Sequence record: OK905446.1
Strand: one strand, 5' to 3'
DNA length: 64,000 bases
The notes beneath the pieces were generated by a model, which made no database searches, was not told the DNA's origin, and saw nothing but the letters and a program-made list of their open reading frames with translations. Positions 55,488-63,818 of this stretch are shown here, in pieces. A program made the position numbers and the translations under genes. Each line of letters opens with the position of its first letter. The stretch's first letter is position 1.

Positions 55488-55494
55488 CTAAATA
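55488..55494 (+). promoter_or_regulatory. probable late promoter
   Basis: CTAAATA upstream of plus-strand gene. Confidence 0.6.
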
Positions 55495-55526
55495 AGTAAT
55501 ACAGTCAACCGAATTCGAGAAAAAAG

Positions 55527-56582
55527 ATGATTATTTTTGAAAGCGTTCAATCGCAGCGTGCATTAGAGTACGCATCTAAGTTTATCGTCGATAGACTTGA
55601 GACACAATTAGAAGCTGCTCTAAGTAGCCCACCATTCGACCCAAACAAACTCGCACTTAATACCAAGAATCTGAACATCAAAACTGGTGAAACTGAATTC
55701 GATGCACTTCTTGCACGTGGTATTGTCGCGTATCTTAAATTAGATAACCAAAACCCGACTGAACTCGGCGTATGGCGTGGTGCATTACATGACCCACAAG
55801 CAGGCGAAGCGGGTAACTTGCAAATCACCGTAGACATCACCGGTGTTACTGCGGTTAGCCAGATCATGGCTAAATTTCGAGTCAAGAAAGACCAAATGTA
55901 CAGCACTGCATTGCATGAACTGCAACACGCTTACGATAACTGGCGTTCTGGTGATATAGCAGACTTCGACACTCGCGACGAAGAGGGCGTGTATCAACAC
56001 TCAGGGCGTAATAGAGCTTACATTGATAAAGAGTTCATCCGACACGCTAAAGCCGGTCACAAAGCGTCTCACGACGAATATCAGAACTATTCTCATGAGA
56101 TTAACGCACGATATGCACAAGCAATAGCTGACACTAAGGCACACTTCAAGGGTTCACCTGCTACCACAGAAGCATGGATTATGAATTTCAAGAAGTATTT
56201 TGATGGTTGGTTTAATATACCAGACGACGCGAAGAAGCGATTGCTTGCGCGTGCAGGGGCTGAACATAGCGAATACAAAAAGCCGTTTCACGGCAAAGAA
56301 AGCAGCTTGCTATATGCTCTGAAAGGCTTCGATGTCAAATACACCAGAGATACTAAGTTCAGCAAGATTGGCTATTGGTTCAGTAAATTTGAATACAACG
56401 GTCGAACGTCTGCCGACTTACTTGATCGACTTGAGCTTTTAGCTCACAAAACTGAAGGTGTTGTTGCATTGCCACTTGATGACATTCGCGCTAACCCTGC
56501 TCTCTTTGATGAAATGAAAAGACGCATGAGCAGTGGTGAATGGGATCGAATGGGTGCTAATCACATGATCTACAGACCATAA
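55527..56582 (+). CDS. zincin-like metallopeptidase-domain protein (late, inverted)
   Basis: ALHELQHAYD (HExxH) and downstream YQNYSHEINAR. Confidence 0.7.
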   Translation: MIIFESVQSQRALEYASKFIVDRLETQLEAALSSPPFDPNKLALNTKNLNIKTGETEFDALLARGIVAYLKLDNQNPTELGVWRGALHDPQAGEAGNLQITVDITGVTAVSQIMAKFRVKKDQMYSTALHELQHAYDNWRSGDIADFDTRDEEGVYQHSGRNRAYIDKEFIRHAKAGHKASHDEYQNYSHEINARYAQAIADTKAHFKGSPATTEAWIMNFKKYFDGWFNIPDDAKKRLLARAGAEHSEYKKPFHGKESSLLYALKGFDVKYTRDTKFSKIGYWFSKFEYNGRTSADLLDRLELLAHKTEGVVALPLDDIRANPALFDEMKRRMSSGEWDRMGANHMIYRP

Positions 56583-56605
56583 AAAAGGGGCTAAATGCCC
56601 CTTTT
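56581..56605. terminator. bidirectional terminator
   Basis: AAAAAAGGGGC-TAAAT-GCCCCTTTT. Confidence 0.85.
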
Positions 56606-56606
56606 A

Positions 56607-57227
56607 TTATTCTTCACCACAAATTGTATACGCTTCATCGTCTACAATCGAGTTATATGCCCATCTGATTTCGCGTTCTGCGTACAATAGATTCTCAACA
56701 TGAAAACCACAGCCGTAAGATGAACGATGCCAACCGTTATAAGGTTTGTCAGGTCGAATATCAGCCCAAATCGAGTCTAACTGGAACACAAGAGATTCGT
56801 CGCGTAGATCTTCATAACCAAACTTCCAGTTATGGTCACGTAGAGTATCAAGTCCCTCAACTGTCCAATCACGATGATCACCAAAGTTCCAACTTTCGTG
56901 TTTAACACCTTGCCCTTCAACGCACTTACAAAGCGAAATATGACGTGTTTCGCGATTGATGACTGCAACTACGATAGCTCGGTCAAAGCACGATACAACG
57001 TTGTTGATGATGAGTACGTCGTGGTCTTCACGGTATTTCTCGAATGCGTACTCAATCGACACGTAAACATCAGCGTCACCGTACCAGATTTCTTTGTTGT
57101 AGCCGATTTTCTCACGCATGTGGTCGTAAATAGCAAGAATACTTGGTTTCATTGCTTCGTTTACAATTTGAGTGTAAACTTTGTTGTTAACTTGATTCAG
57201 TTCGCGTAGTGCTAGTTCAACGTTCAT
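56607..57227 (-). CDS. hypothetical protein
   Basis: ORF track. Confidence 0.75.
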   Translation of the reverse strand: MNVELALRELNQVNNKVYTQIVNEAMKPSILAIYDHMREKIGYNKEIWYGDADVYVSIEYAFEKYREDHDVLIINNVVSCFDRAIVVAVINRETRHISLCKCVEGQGVKHESWNFGDHRDWTVEGLDTLRDHNWKFGYEDLRDESLVFQLDSIWADIRPDKPYNGWHRSSYGCGFHVENLLYAEREIRWAYNSIVDDEAYTICGEE

Positions 57228-57234
57228 ATATTTC

Positions 57235-57612
57235 TCAGCTATTGTAGTAAAATAAACCGTCTAGTGTCTTGACAGACTCTTGGTTGAAAAACCAAGCGAT
57301 AGCATCTTCACGTCGCTTGAATCGCTTCATGTACGACGTGTTATCAATGCCATATAAGACTAGCAACCATTCGTAACCTTTGTCAATACGTTTTTGTTCG
57401 CGTTCTTCTTCATCTGAGCGTGTTGCTTGTTGCTCAGTGTCGAATAAGTGAACAGCGCACCAACGATGGTCACACTCAGGGGCGGTCATTCCCCAAGTAT
57501 CGTGCTGCGCTGTAATCGGCATGAACCCTAAGAATGTTGTTCCCGGTACAAACTGAGAACTCATGTAATTAACCATGTTCATGAACTTGTTTGTTGAGTA
57601 TCTATGAAGCAT
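57235..57612 (-). CDS. hypothetical protein
   Basis: ORF track. Confidence 0.7.
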   Translation of the reverse strand: MLHRYSTNKFMNMVNYMSSQFVPGTTFLGFMPITAQHDTWGMTAPECDHRWCAVHLFDTEQQATRSDEEEREQKRIDKGYEWLLVLYGIDNTSYMKRFKRREDAIAWFFNQESVKTLDGLFYYNS

Positions 57613-58231
57613 TGCGCACCTTTTCGATGACTTTATCTACTTGATCTAGATTATCTTTCCAGCTAATTAAAGCACGAGCGTAATAATCATCAGTTTGACT
57701 TGCATCGTCTGACAATTCATGAACCGTTGCGTTGGCAATACAGTCTCTGAAGTACTCAAGCTGCTCAACCATGTCTTCGTATTTCGCTTTCTCGAACTTA
57801 TACATCGGGATATAGCGTTTGCTCCCACCCCAACTGTATACGTGCAAGTTAGTTAAATCAGGTTGAATCTTGTACGCTTCGTCGATGTTGCATAGACGTT
57901 CAACCGTTCGCTCGTCTTCGATCATCTGATCTTCAATTTTCTGCTTGAACTTTTCAACTAGTTCTGGGTGGTCGTCACCAAGCTCTTTGATGAAACGCGC
58001 ATACATACCAAGACTGTGCTCAGAAGAGTCTTTAACTTCGGCAATGATGTCTTCGCGAGACAATAATTTCTTCGGTTCAGTGCTACGATTGTTGTAATCA
58101 TAGATGTAACCGTTTTTCAAATCAATGCCGTTGCCGTTCGTAGCGAACAAATGATCTAGAACCGAAAAACGAGTTGGGAAGATCGTGTGGTATTCTTGCA
58201 TTGCGTGCTTGATGTAGTCAGCTAAAAGCAT
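57602..58231 (-). CDS. hypothetical protein
   Basis: ORF track. Confidence 0.75.
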   Translation of the reverse strand: MLLADYIKHAMQEYHTIFPTRFSVLDHLFATNGNGIDLKNGYIYDYNNRSTEPKKLLSREDIIAEVKDSSEHSLGMYARFIKELGDDHPELVEKFKQKIEDQMIEDERTVERLCNIDEAYKIQPDLTNLHVYSWGGSKRYIPMYKFEKAKYEDMVEQLEYFRDCIANATVHELSDDASQTDDYYARALISWKDNLDQVDKVIEKVRNAS

Positions 58232-58242
58232 GTGATTCTCTC

Positions 58243-58497
58243 TTAAATCATGAATTCAATGTCGCCAATTTCGTCGCCAAACTCTGCTTCGAGCTTGCTA
58301 ACGACGAATTCTTCATATTCAGATAGTTCTAACTCAGGGTTAGTAACTTCTTCAATGAAAATACTCATGCCTTGAGTAAACGGGAGAAATACGCCATGTA
58401 CGTCTTCTCGGTCAATCGCAGCTTCAATTCGATTCATGAACTCATCAGAGTCATAATTCTCAGTTGGGATGTTGATGAAAATCTCTGTCAATTCCAT
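58243..58497 (-). CDS. very acidic small protein
   Basis: Start adjusted to MELTEI after PeSL cassette. Confidence 0.7.
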   Translation of the reverse strand: MELTEIFINIPTENYDSDEFMNRIEAAIDREDVHGVFLPFTQGMSIFIEEVTNPELELSEYEEFVVSKLEAEFGDEIGDIEFMI

Positions 58498-58537
58498 AAT
58501 TATTTCCTCATTTAATTTGTTATACGTAGAATACACG

Positions 58538-58563
58538 AAAGGGCTGACTACTGTCAACCCTTT
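58538..58563 (-). promoter_or_regulatory. stem-loop early promoter cassette (PeSL-like)
   Basis: Same core as 20828-20853. Confidence 0.75.
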
Positions 58564-58567
58564 TTCA

Positions 58568-60007
58568 TTATTCTTCGTCTTCGTCTTTGTACTCAGAGAC
58601 ATCAACGCCGTTTTCTTCAGCGATTTCGATTGCTTTTGCTTCAGCAGCGGGACCGAAGTGACCGTTCATGATGTATTCGAAGTTCTCTTCTCGGTAAGCA
58701 TCACCGTGTTGCAGAATTGCTTCAACCGCTTCTTCAGAACCTTCCGAATTGAAGTAGTAGTTCATTGCAGCTTGGCGAACATCTTCGTCATGGTCGTCTA
58801 CTAGCTCTTCAAGACGGTAGCCTTGTTCAGCAACGTAAACACGCTCTTCATAGTCGTCAGAATCATCAATCATGCGATCCCAAATGTCTTCTGCCATCGA
58901 ACGACCGAATTCACCTTCGTAGCGTTTCGCATATGTGATACGTGTATCTGCGTCGTCGTTCTCGATAGCCCAATCCCATGCAGCTTCGCGCACGTCTTCG
59001 TCTGAGTCAAGAACAAGATCCCAGATAGCATAGCCATTTTCAGCAGCTTGCTTACGATGTTCCCAATCACTAGACGTAGCTAGTTTATCACCCATTTCAT
59101 AGTCTGTGCGAAGTACAGCGTTTCGAACGTCTTCATCATCATGGAAAATCAGTTCATCGTGCATCAGACCCCATTCAGCGATACGAACTAGAGTTTGCCA
59201 ATCTGCGTGTTCGATGATCTCATCTTCGCGTCCGTCATTGATCCATGCTTCGATTTGGTATTGTTCAGCATCGTTGATCGTGTCTTCTAGACTCGCTTGA
59301 CCGAACGGTGCATCATAGCTTGATGGGCGTTCATGCTCATTGGTAAGCGTGAATCCAACTGAGCCACTCATTTGCATCAATGCTTGGTTAACGTCGTTGT
59401 CATTCATCGACAGAATTGAGCGAGTCACGTTCTTACGAACAGAACGGAAATCGTTTGCACCTGCGGCAAGACGAGAAAGCCAACGGTCGCTAATGTCAGT
59501 TGAGTAACCGTATTCTTTACCGAACGTCAACGATAGGGCGTAGTAAAGCATAGGACGAGAGATCAAGTCTTTCAATAGCTTTTTCTTGCTTTCTTCGTCT
59601 AAGCGTTGCGCTTCACGACGGTTGTTTTGCAGTGCGTAGTACTCGTGATTCTTAGATAATTCGTACGCCGCGCTGAAGTCATATTCATACGGCTTCATGC
59701 CCATTTCTTCTTCGTACGTCTCGGTGAATTCACGTAGTGTAGTCAAGACGCCAGAAAATACCGCTGCCGCAGAGTGACCCGCACGACCAGTTTGTGAATA
59801 ACCGCCACGGTTTTGGAAAGAAATAGTGAAATAACCAGGGTTGCTTTCGTCTACGTCAACTTTAAATTCTTCGCCAGCAGCATTGAAGCGTGCTGAAGTT
59901 TCGCCAGTTCCGTTCTCATGACCCCAATCCCAATCAATGTCGATATTGGCACGGTCTGAGATTTCGTCAAGACGAACTTCTTGATAAAATTGTTCAAACA
60001 GTTTCAT
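58568..60007 (-). CDS. putative virion-internal acidic protein with HEAT/LRV-like repeats
   Basis: MKLFEQFYQE start; D.DEDVR.AA repeats; late box upstream. Confidence 0.6.
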   Translation of the reverse strand: MKLFEQFYQEVRLDEISDRANIDIDWDWGHENGTGETSARFNAAGEEFKVDVDESNPGYFTISFQNRGGYSQTGRAGHSAAAVFSGVLTTLREFTETYEEEMGMKPYEYDFSAAYELSKNHEYYALQNNRREAQRLDEESKKKLLKDLISRPMLYYALSLTFGKEYGYSTDISDRWLSRLAAGANDFRSVRKNVTRSILSMNDNDVNQALMQMSGSVGFTLTNEHERPSSYDAPFGQASLEDTINDAEQYQIEAWINDGREDEIIEHADWQTLVRIAEWGLMHDELIFHDDEDVRNAVLRTDYEMGDKLATSSDWEHRKQAAENGYAIWDLVLDSDEDVREAAWDWAIENDDADTRITYAKRYEGEFGRSMAEDIWDRMIDDSDDYEERVYVAEQGYRLEELVDDHDEDVRQAAMNYYFNSEGSEEAVEAILQHGDAYREENFEYIMNGHFGPAAEAKAIEIAEENGVDVSEYKDEDEE

Positions 60008-60034
60008 TGTGATACCTTTTAGTGTTGTTTCTTC

Positions 60035-60042
60035 TATTTAGA
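60035..60042 (-). promoter_or_regulatory. probable late promoter
   Basis: TCTAAATA on minus strand after terminator 60050-60076. Confidence 0.6.
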
Positions 60043-60060
60043 CGAAAACTAAAAATCCCG

Positions 60061-60285
60061 TCATTCAGACGGGATTGCTTCTTCCAGTTTTTTAATATCG
60101 TTGATAATAGAATTACCAATACGACTGTGTTCGGCACGCTCGAATTTCTTGAAGAACTTACCGCGTGGTTTATATCGCTTGGCGTTCTTGCGTTTGGTAT
60201 TATCCCACGCTTTGCCGTCTTTGTGTCGCAGAGAGTTTTCATTCGCTTGAATGATTGTCTCATGCAGTTGTTCTAGATATGTCAT
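60061..60285 (-). CDS. basic hypothetical protein
   Basis: ORF track. Confidence 0.65.
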   Translation of the reverse strand: MTYLEQLHETIIQANENSLRHKDGKAWDNTKRKNAKRYKPRGKFFKKFERAEHSRIGNSIINDIKKLEEAIPSE

Positions 60286-60294
60286 AAAGACCCC

Positions 60295-60693
60295 TTATAG
60301 TGTGTTGTCTTCAGCAAATTCGAGATTTTCATCATCGAAGAACTCTCTTGCTTTTTGCTTGTACCACATGATTAGCTCTTGTGTGTACTGAATATGCGCA
60401 CCATCAATTTCAATTGACAAATTGGCAATATCTTCATCTGACATACGAGCTTCGAAGTTGTGTCGATCTTCAGCAGTGTTGAGAATCAACAAATCACCAA
60501 AGAAATGACCGACGTATGGGTGCTCACGTTCACGCGATTCAGCTTCAACGATGAAATCAATGAAATTGTCCATGTCATCACCGTCGATTTTGTCACTTAT
60601 AATTTCGATGACTTTCGTACCGAAGTTATGACCTGCGACTTTAGTCGATTTAATGATCGTCGGATTCATTAGTACAATATCGTTATCAGTCAT
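60295..60693 (-). CDS. acidic hypothetical protein
   Basis: ORF track. Confidence 0.7.
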   Translation of the reverse strand: MTDNDIVLMNPTIIKSTKVAGHNFGTKVIEIISDKIDGDDMDNFIDFIVEAESREREHPYVGHFFGDLLILNTAEDRHNFEARMSDEDIANLSIEIDGAHIQYTQELIMWYKQKAREFFDDENLEFAEDNTL

Positions 60694-60877
60694 TGTTTAC
60701 TACCTCAACTCGCTCAAAGCGACGGTCAAACGCAGCAAGACATGCATCAGCATAGCTTGTCGCGGTGGATGTTTCTTTACAGTCATTTGCATTTGCAGTA
60801 TGACACCATGCTTTTAACCACACGTCGCGTCGTTGCATTTCGTGGTCAACTTCGTGCTTGTATAGCAGTTTAGCCAT
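60686..60877 (-). CDS. small hypothetical protein
   Basis: Start adjusted to MAKLLY. Confidence 0.6.
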   Translation of the reverse strand: MAKLLYKHEVDHEMQRRDVWLKAWCHTANANDCKETSTATSYADACLAAFDRRFERVEVVNND

Positions 60878-61100
60878 TTGTTGTTCCTCTTCCAGAATTT
60901 GTATAAAGACCGAATATCGCAGCACCTGCACCGACGATTGTCGATACAAATGCAGCTTGCGTTCCCGATGGGTCAGGTAGTGCCATAAACCATATTGCTG
61001 TAGTATACAGTAAGTAGCAATACAACGCAACTAAAATTCTAGGCACTACACGCCATGAGTCGAACGCATCAGCAAGTTTTCTGTTTGTTTCATAACTCAT
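60870..61100 (-). CDS. small two-TM membrane protein
   Basis: WRVVPRIL...TM...TM pattern. Confidence 0.7.
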   Translation of the reverse strand: MSYETNRKLADAFDSWRVVPRILVALYCYLLYTTAIWFMALPDPSGTQAAFVSTIVGAGAAIFGLYTNSGRGTTNG

Positions 61101-61129
61101 TTTGGTAGTCTCATCTTTGCTCGTTTTCT

Positions 61130-61267
61130 TATGAGCTTGTGACGTAGTTTAACACGTTTTTCCTCATTCTTGTCAACCATTTTTGCAATGGTATAAGCAA
61201 AAACTGCACCTACTGTCAGAATCCCTAGAAAAATCAGAGAATTATACACAAATGCGGAAGTAAACAT
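61130..61267 (-). CDS. small membrane protein (45 aa)
   Basis: Read by hand: MFTSAFVYNSLIFLG... Confidence 0.5.
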
Positions 61268-61270
61268 AAA

Positions 61271-61780
61271 TCACCACTCAATTAGTGTGCCTTGTTCGAA
61301 GTGTACAATCACAACTTCTTTATCGCCACTTGCTTTGTCGATGATGTATCGAATGATTTCCCAATCACCGCCTGCAAGCCCTGCACCAATAAGAGGCAAG
61401 TAAATTTTGTCACCGTTACACTCGTAATCACAGATAGCTTTTACTGCTTCTTTGATTGCCGAGTATTCAGCGTGACGCTCAGTTGTTCCCATGCTGAACT
61501 GAGTATACATGTTGAATACTACAGCTTGCGGAACAGTGCCGTGATCATCGAAAATGGCAGTCGAGAATTCCCCAAGCTTTAGAGGATCACCATAACGACC
61601 GTAATCTTCATCGGCTTTATACACTTCAGGGAAACGTCGTAGCTGACCTGCAATACCAGAACCTTGAGTGATAAAGCAGTTACAACCTTGACCCATGATG
61701 AATGTACGTTGGTGTGTCGGGTTTTCAATCGCGTGAGCGAGAGTGGCGACCAAGTCGCCACGAATCTCGGATACAATCAT
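61271..61780 (-). CDS. macro-domain (Appr-1''-p / ADP-ribose processing) protein, T4 tk.4-like
   Basis: RGDL, GCNCF..QGSGIAGQL, YLPLIGAGLAGGDW. Confidence 0.88.
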   Translation of the reverse strand: MIVSEIRGDLVATLAHAIENPTHQRTFIMGQGCNCFITQGSGIAGQLRRFPEVYKADEDYGRYGDPLKLGEFSTAIFDDHGTVPQAVVFNMYTQFSMGTTERHAEYSAIKEAVKAICDYECNGDKIYLPLIGAGLAGGDWEIIRYIIDKASGDKEVVIVHFEQGTLIEW

Positions 61781-62319
61781 TAGTCAAAGCTCCCGCCTGA
61801 AGATGATGAAGAACTACTGTCACTGCTTGAGTAACTAGAGCCACTATCACTCGAACCTGAGTAGCTTGAACCACTGTCTGAAGACCCAGAGAACGAGTAA
61901 CTACCCGATGGTTCAGTGTAACGAGTCGGCTCTGGCGTTGGCTCTGGGCGTGATTCGCGAACTGAATCGCTGCTACCGTACACATCAAACGGATCTGTAA
62001 TCGGGTTCAACGGGTGAAGCGGGTTAGTAATGATGTCACTGTCATCACGACGAGAACGTGATACGCTAGGTCGTGACGGTGCAGAATGTCGCGACGTATG
62101 AGTTACTTTCGGTTTCATGCTCGAAGCACCAGACGCAGAGCCGTTTAGAGAACGTAGAGCTTGAGCATCACGTTCACGTAGAGTCTCGACTTGTGTCACG
62201 ATTTTACGAGGAACAACTTTCTTTTCTTCTTCTTTCTGCTCTTTACGAGCACGCAGAACGATTGTTACTAACATTGCCACTACAGCGATTGCAGCGATTG
62301 CGATTAATACTTCAGTCAT
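61780..62319 (-). CDS. membrane-anchored protein with Ser/Gly-rich tail
   Basis: N-terminal TM; SGSSDSGSSYS repeats. Confidence 0.75.
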   Translation of the reverse strand: MTEVLIAIAAIAVVAMLVTIVLRARKEQKEEEKKVVPRKIVTQVETLRERDAQALRSLNGSASGASSMKPKVTHTSRHSAPSRPSVSRSRRDDSDIITNPLHPLNPITDPFDVYGSSDSVRESRPEPTPEPTRYTEPSGSYSFSGSSDSGSSYSGSSDSGSSYSSSDSSSSSSSGGSFD

Positions 62320-62328
62320 AATTTTACC

Positions 62329-63246
62329 TTAAAAGTTACCGGGTTGTACTTGGAACACTTCAACACCTACTTCGCGTAGAGTATTGACTACTTGATCACG
62401 GTCATCGAACATCACAACAGGACGACGGAAACCGCGGTTTGCTAATTCTAGCAGCAATTCTAGTTTGATTACCCAATCTGGGCGAGAATCGCCTTTCTTA
62501 CGCATTACCAAATCAAAGCCACTTGAGTGTGTGAATGTCATATGCTTAGATAGCCAACGGCGTGTATGCTCTTCACAGATACCATCACGACCGCTCATGA
62601 AGATGATTGGGTAATGGATGCTCAGAAGATCTAGCATTTCGATTACAGTTTCGCGTGGCGAATCTTCTTCAACGCGAAGCCATTCGAATGGGCTACGACG
62701 ACCTTTCACACCTTTGTGCATTTCTGCAACTGTACCGTCGATGTCAGACAATACACATAACTCAGTACCTGATTCCCACAGAGGTTCAAGTAGAGCTTTG
62801 AAATGTGCGATAATCAGTTCGCGATTGTTTTTGTGGTAGTTCTGGAACATAGTTGTTAGAACTTTACCACCAACTGACATTTCACGAGCTTTATCGCGTG
62901 CAAATGCTTCATCGAAAGAGATATGAAACAACTTCTCTTCGTATTCAGCACCTAGCTCTTTAGCGATATTGCGCCATTCTTCGCGACGCTCAGGGACAAG
63001 GTTGGTATCAGAGATAACGACGTTTTTACCTTGACGAAGCGCAAGCATAGCTTTGTCTTTGTTAACTTTCGTCACAAGCTCTTCGTTTTGTTTCGTGAAC
63101 TTGTATTCACCCCACTTAAAGGGACCGAATAGCTCTTGTCGCGTATCGTCGCGATTCACGTTTACTGATTTCCCGTTCGCACAGAATTTCTCAGCCCATG
63201 TTGTTTTACCAGACGCAGGTACGCCTACTGTCACAATCAGTTTCAT
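62329..63246 (-). CDS. pseT: polynucleotide 5'-kinase / 3'-phosphatase
   Basis: GVPASGKTT, VNRDDTR, SDIDGT, FDDR. Confidence 0.95.
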   Translation of the reverse strand: MKLIVTVGVPASGKTTWAEKFCANGKSVNVNRDDTRQELFGPFKWGEYKFTKQNEELVTKVNKDKAMLALRQGKNVVISDTNLVPERREEWRNIAKELGAEYEEKLFHISFDEAFARDKAREMSVGGKVLTTMFQNYHKNNRELIIAHFKALLEPLWESGTELCVLSDIDGTVAEMHKGVKGRRSPFEWLRVEEDSPRETVIEMLDLLSIHYPIIFMSGRDGICEEHTRRWLSKHMTFTHSSGFDLVMRKKGDSRPDWVIKLELLLELANRGFRRPVVMFDDRDQVVNTLREVGVEVFQVQPGNF

Positions 63247-63254
63247 GTTTGTCC

Positions 63255-63488
63255 TTATTTCTTGTAGCGAGTCACGATAGACTCGGCAATTTCTAGAAGT
63301 TGAGTCGTTCGAGTGCCAGATAGAGCACTGAATGAATCTAGCTCATTACGCGCTGCTTTAACAAACACGTTACTAGGTACAGAAGCTTCAAGCTCTTCAA
63401 TCAGACTTTCAATTTGAAATACACTGCATACGCCGTATTGCTTGAACTGCGTGTTTGCTTCATTGTATGCGTTTTCTAGATGCTTCAT
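63255..63488 (-). CDS. hypothetical protein
   Basis: Start adjusted to MKHLEN. Confidence 0.6.
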   Translation of the reverse strand: MKHLENAYNEANTQFKQYGVCSVFQIESLIEELEASVPSNVFVKAARNELDSFSALSGTRTTQLLEIAESIVTRYKK

Positions 63489-63489
63489 A

Positions 63490-63807
63490 TTACAACCCTC
63501 TTGTGTTAAAGTAAACGTCATTTACATATTCAATTACTTCTTTCTTAGTCTTGAAACCATCAGCTACGACTAACAGCTTGAAACGCTCATCTTGGTCAGT
63601 TGCGCGAAGAACCCACTTGCTATCAAATCGACCGCGAGTAATACGTAGAGTCGAGTGAGTTTCACCAGTTACATTGTTGTAAAAGTTACGCTCTTTGATT
63701 CGCATGTCAAGATCTTTGCTTTGAAGAGCATCAACTGAATCATATGCCCAAATTGGTGTACAATCAGGGTAATCAGCCATTAAGTTTCTGCGTTTGAATG
63801 TAATCAT
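63490..63807 (-). CDS. hypothetical protein
   Basis: GAGAGAACATTATG initiation region at 63805. Confidence 0.7.
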   Translation of the reverse strand: MITFKRRNLMADYPDCTPIWAYDSVDALQSKDLDMRIKERNFYNNVTGETHSTLRITRGRFDSKWVLRATDQDERFKLLVVADGFKTKKEVIEYVNDVYFNTRGL

Positions 63808-63818
63808 AATGTTCTCTC

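Noticed and set aside
7821-61250. Single DnaA-like 9-mers at 7821, 46693 and 61242
   Set aside because: Isolated and within coding regions; a few are expected by chance in 64 kb.
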